Positions 52,804 through 54,465 of a stretch of 54,465 nucleotides of DNA are shown piece by piece. The translations under genes were made by a program, and so were the position numbers. The number at the start of each line of letters is the position of its first letter. Positions within the stretch are counted from its first letter, which is position 1. The notes beneath the pieces were generated by a model that saw only the letters and a list, made by a program, of their open reading frames with translations, was not told the DNA's origin and did not search any database. The stretch is from Actinomycetota bacterium (lineage in GTDB: Bacteria > Armatimonadota > SYMT01), in NCBI GenBank assembly GCA_005798285.1, contig SYKE01000199.1, positions 1-54,465 of the forward strand, read 5' to 3'.

Positions 52804-52835
52804 ATCCCGGGGGCGCGTTTCCGCGCCCCCGGGAT
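52804..52835 (-). terminator. Strong GC hairpin after the MBL-hydrolase gene
   Basis: atcccgggggcgcg (52804-52817) pairs perfectly with cgcgcccccgggat (52822-52835) around a 4-nt loop. It lies 13 nt downstream of the minus-strand stop at 52849. No U-run follows on the minus strand. Confidence 0.45.
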
Positions 52836-52848
52836 GAGTGCGAAACCG

Positions 52849-53922
52849 CTACCGGCTCTGTCGGGCCAGTCGCGCTCGCCAGGTGCTCGGAGCCCCGAGC
52901 CGGCGCAGCGGAGCGGCGTGGAGGGAGGCGTGACGATCGTGATCGTCGGCGGAGGCGCGCTTGTTTGGGAACGCCTTGCCGCCGGCTTCCTCATAGGCCT
53001 TCCCGAGTTGAGCTTCGAAGAAGTCCCCCACGTAGCGCTGGATCTGAGCGTCTTTCAGGATCCGAGCCTTGATCGTGGCCACCTGCGCCTGGGCCGCTGC
53101 GGGCCTCGGATGCGTCTTGAGCAGGCGCTGACCGGCGGTCTGCAGCGTGAGGAAGTATTTCTGCTGATCCGCCAGCAGGCCGCCGTCCGCCATCGGGCCG
53201 TGGCCCGGCACCACCCACTTCGGATTGAGCTTTCGGGCCGCCGCTAGAGTCTGGATCCACTGGCTGATGTTGCCGTCGCCGACGTAGTTGTAGGGTCCGT
53301 TCACGCAGGCATCTCCCGAGAAGAGGATCCGCTCCTTCGGAAGCCAGGCCCATCCATCCCCATGCGTGTGCGCCACGCCGAAGTGCTTGAGCTCCACCCG
53401 AAGCTTGCCGTCGTCGAAGATCATCGAGTCCGGGAACAGCAGCGTGGGCGGTTGGAGGCGGCTCTCGGCGACATCCTTGCGGGTCTTCGCGGCGTCCTCC
53501 CAGCGTCCGGGCTTGTTGCCGTAGAGACCGGACTCGTACTTCTTCATTTCCTTGAGCACGCCGACGTGGCCCACGGGTACGGCGCCCTGCTCCACCCAAA
53601 CCCGGTTCGCGTAGGCGTGATCGCCGTGATGGTGGGTGTCGAACGCAAAGCGAATCGGCTTCTGGGTCAGCTCCTGGATCTTCGGAATGATGACTTTCGC
53701 GCCGGACGGGAAGTTGGCGTCCACCACCAGCACATAGTCTTCGAAGATGATCCAGCCGTTGTTGCAGTGGCCGTTGCCCTTCAGATCGCCCTCGTGAAAG
53801 TAAACTCCCGGTCCGATCTGCTTCACGGTGTTCACCTGTGAGACCGCCGGATTCGCGGCCATCACGCCGCCCAACACCAGCGCGGCGCCCGTCGCCCCAA
53901 AGAGCGCGCTGCGGATCTTCAT
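52849..53922 (-). CDS. Exported MBL-fold metallo-hydrolase
   Basis: ATG at 53922 gives MKIRSALFGATGAALVLGGVMAANPAVSQ, a signal peptide. Metal motif FDTHHHGDHAYAN (HxHxDH), with later HTHGD and VVPGHGP. Confidence 0.85.
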   Translation of the reverse strand: MKIRSALFGATGAALVLGGVMAANPAVSQVNTVKQIGPGVYFHEGDLKGNGHCNNGWIIFEDYVLVVDANFPSGAKVIIPKIQELTQKPIRFAFDTHHHGDHAYANRVWVEQGAVPVGHVGVLKEMKKYESGLYGNKPGRWEDAAKTRKDVAESRLQPPTLLFPDSMIFDDGKLRVELKHFGVAHTHGDGWAWLPKERILFSGDACVNGPYNYVGDGNISQWIQTLAAARKLNPKWVVPGHGPMADGGLLADQQKYFLTLQTAGQRLLKTHPRPAAAQAQVATIKARILKDAQIQRYVGDFFEAQLGKAYEEAGGKAFPNKRASADDHDRHASLHAAPLRRLGAPSTWRARLARQSR

Positions 53923-54175
53923 GCTCCCCCCAATCGCCCTGGCCGGGCCCCCTCGGTATCGCCTTCGGAAGGGACGTTCGGATCCCGAGGGCGTTTCTCC
54001 TCGGCATCGGGCCCGGATCGGCGCCTCGTCTTGCCAATCCTGCTTTCGTTTAGGAATTTCGACACCGGGAATCGTATATATGTGGGAGACTCGTCTGGGG
54101 CGCACTCGGTTGATGTTCGCCAGGCGAGGCCAGGGTGGCCATCATCGCCGAGACTCCCAAGAGGCCCTCACCCCT

Positions 54176-54465
54176 GTGAACGTTCTTGTTGCCGAAGACG
54201 ACGTCACCAGCGCACTGGTGTTTGCCCGGACGCTGACGCGTCGCGGGCATAGCGTGTTGCTGGCGGAAGATGGTGTCGAAGCTCTCAAGGCGCTAGAGAA
54301 ACAGCAGTTCGACGCGCTCATCACCGACTGGATGATGCCCCGCATGGATGGGCTGGAACTCGTGGAGCGAGTTCGAGCCGACTTCCCGCAGGCCCCGGTG
54401 ATGATGGTGGTCACTGCCTACAACTCGGATGACCTCCGGAGCCGCGCCATTGACGCGGGCGCCGA
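54176..54465 (+). CDS. Response-regulator receiver domain (3' end outside the window)
   Basis: GTG at 54176 gives (M)NVLVAEDDVTSALVFARTL...FDALITDWMMPRMDGLELVERVR...VMMVVTAY, i.e. the acidic pocket DD, the phospho-acceptor D and the conserved T. An in-frame ATG at 54113 is an alternative start. The frame is open to the window end. Confidence 0.8.
   Translation, partial: MNVLVAEDDVTSALVFARTLTRRGHSVLLAEDGVEALKALEKQQFDALITDWMMPRMDGLELVERVRADFPQAPVMMVVTAYNSDDLRSRAIDAGA

Noticed and set aside
54113-54175. The upstream ATG (54113) as the start of the response regulator.
   Set aside because: It would add 21 residues (MFARRGQGGHHRRDSQEALTP) before the canonical N-terminal beta-strand NVLVAEDD. The GTG at 54176 gives the usual receiver-domain N-terminus. 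The choice remains uncertain, so the alternative is recorded here.

Overview
High-G+C bacterial chromosomal window. It probably comes from a Planctomycetota-like organism. That is an inference from a Tat-signal DUF1501 protein, a planctomycete-type CxxCH cytochrome c module, many exported PQQ-like beta-propellers and GC-rich REP-like hairpins; nothing was searched against a database. I support about 45 protein genes, one transposase pseudogene, several hairpin terminators and three small repeat families. I saw no rRNA, tRNA or CRISPR array. Housekeeping genes: metH 3' end, glyQ, metG, nadB, gpsA, a polyprenyl synthase, RidA, a PduO-type adenosyltransferase, PSP1/RicT and SixA. Sigma factors: one SigH/Spo0H-like and two ECF factors, one of which is paired with an RsrA-like zinc anti-sigma factor. 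Findings most worth follow-up: (1) At 0.5-10.9 kb, a lux-like fatty-acid-reductase trio (LuxE/PaaK-like adenylating enzyme, LuxC-like reductase, Fe-alcohol dehydrogenase) is tightly coupled and interleaved with four exported PQQ-like beta-propeller proteins. (2) At 40.7-40.9 kb, two tandem hairpin plus T7 modules share an identical loop and differ by compensatory stem changes, which suggests a candidate structured RNA or attenuator pair. (3) At 29.0-30.9 kb, a single protein combines thioredoxin-like, cytochrome c and PHM/DBH-like copper monooxygenase parts. (4) At 47.4-51.7 kb, one co-directional string carries a Pro-rich membrane protein, DUF1501, an FGE-like enzyme, a SigR-like sigma factor and an RsrA-like anti-sigma factor. 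(5) At 30.9-32.5 kb, a 1.6 kb gene-poor tract carries REP-like hairpin repeats. Also noted: a decayed IS701-like transposase next to tandem paralogous TPR exoproteins, and an 18-bp in-frame tandem repeat encoding an ER/K-type charged helix in a 1070-aa exoprotein. All functional calls come from motif recognition by eye. No HMM or BLAST search and no composition statistics were run.
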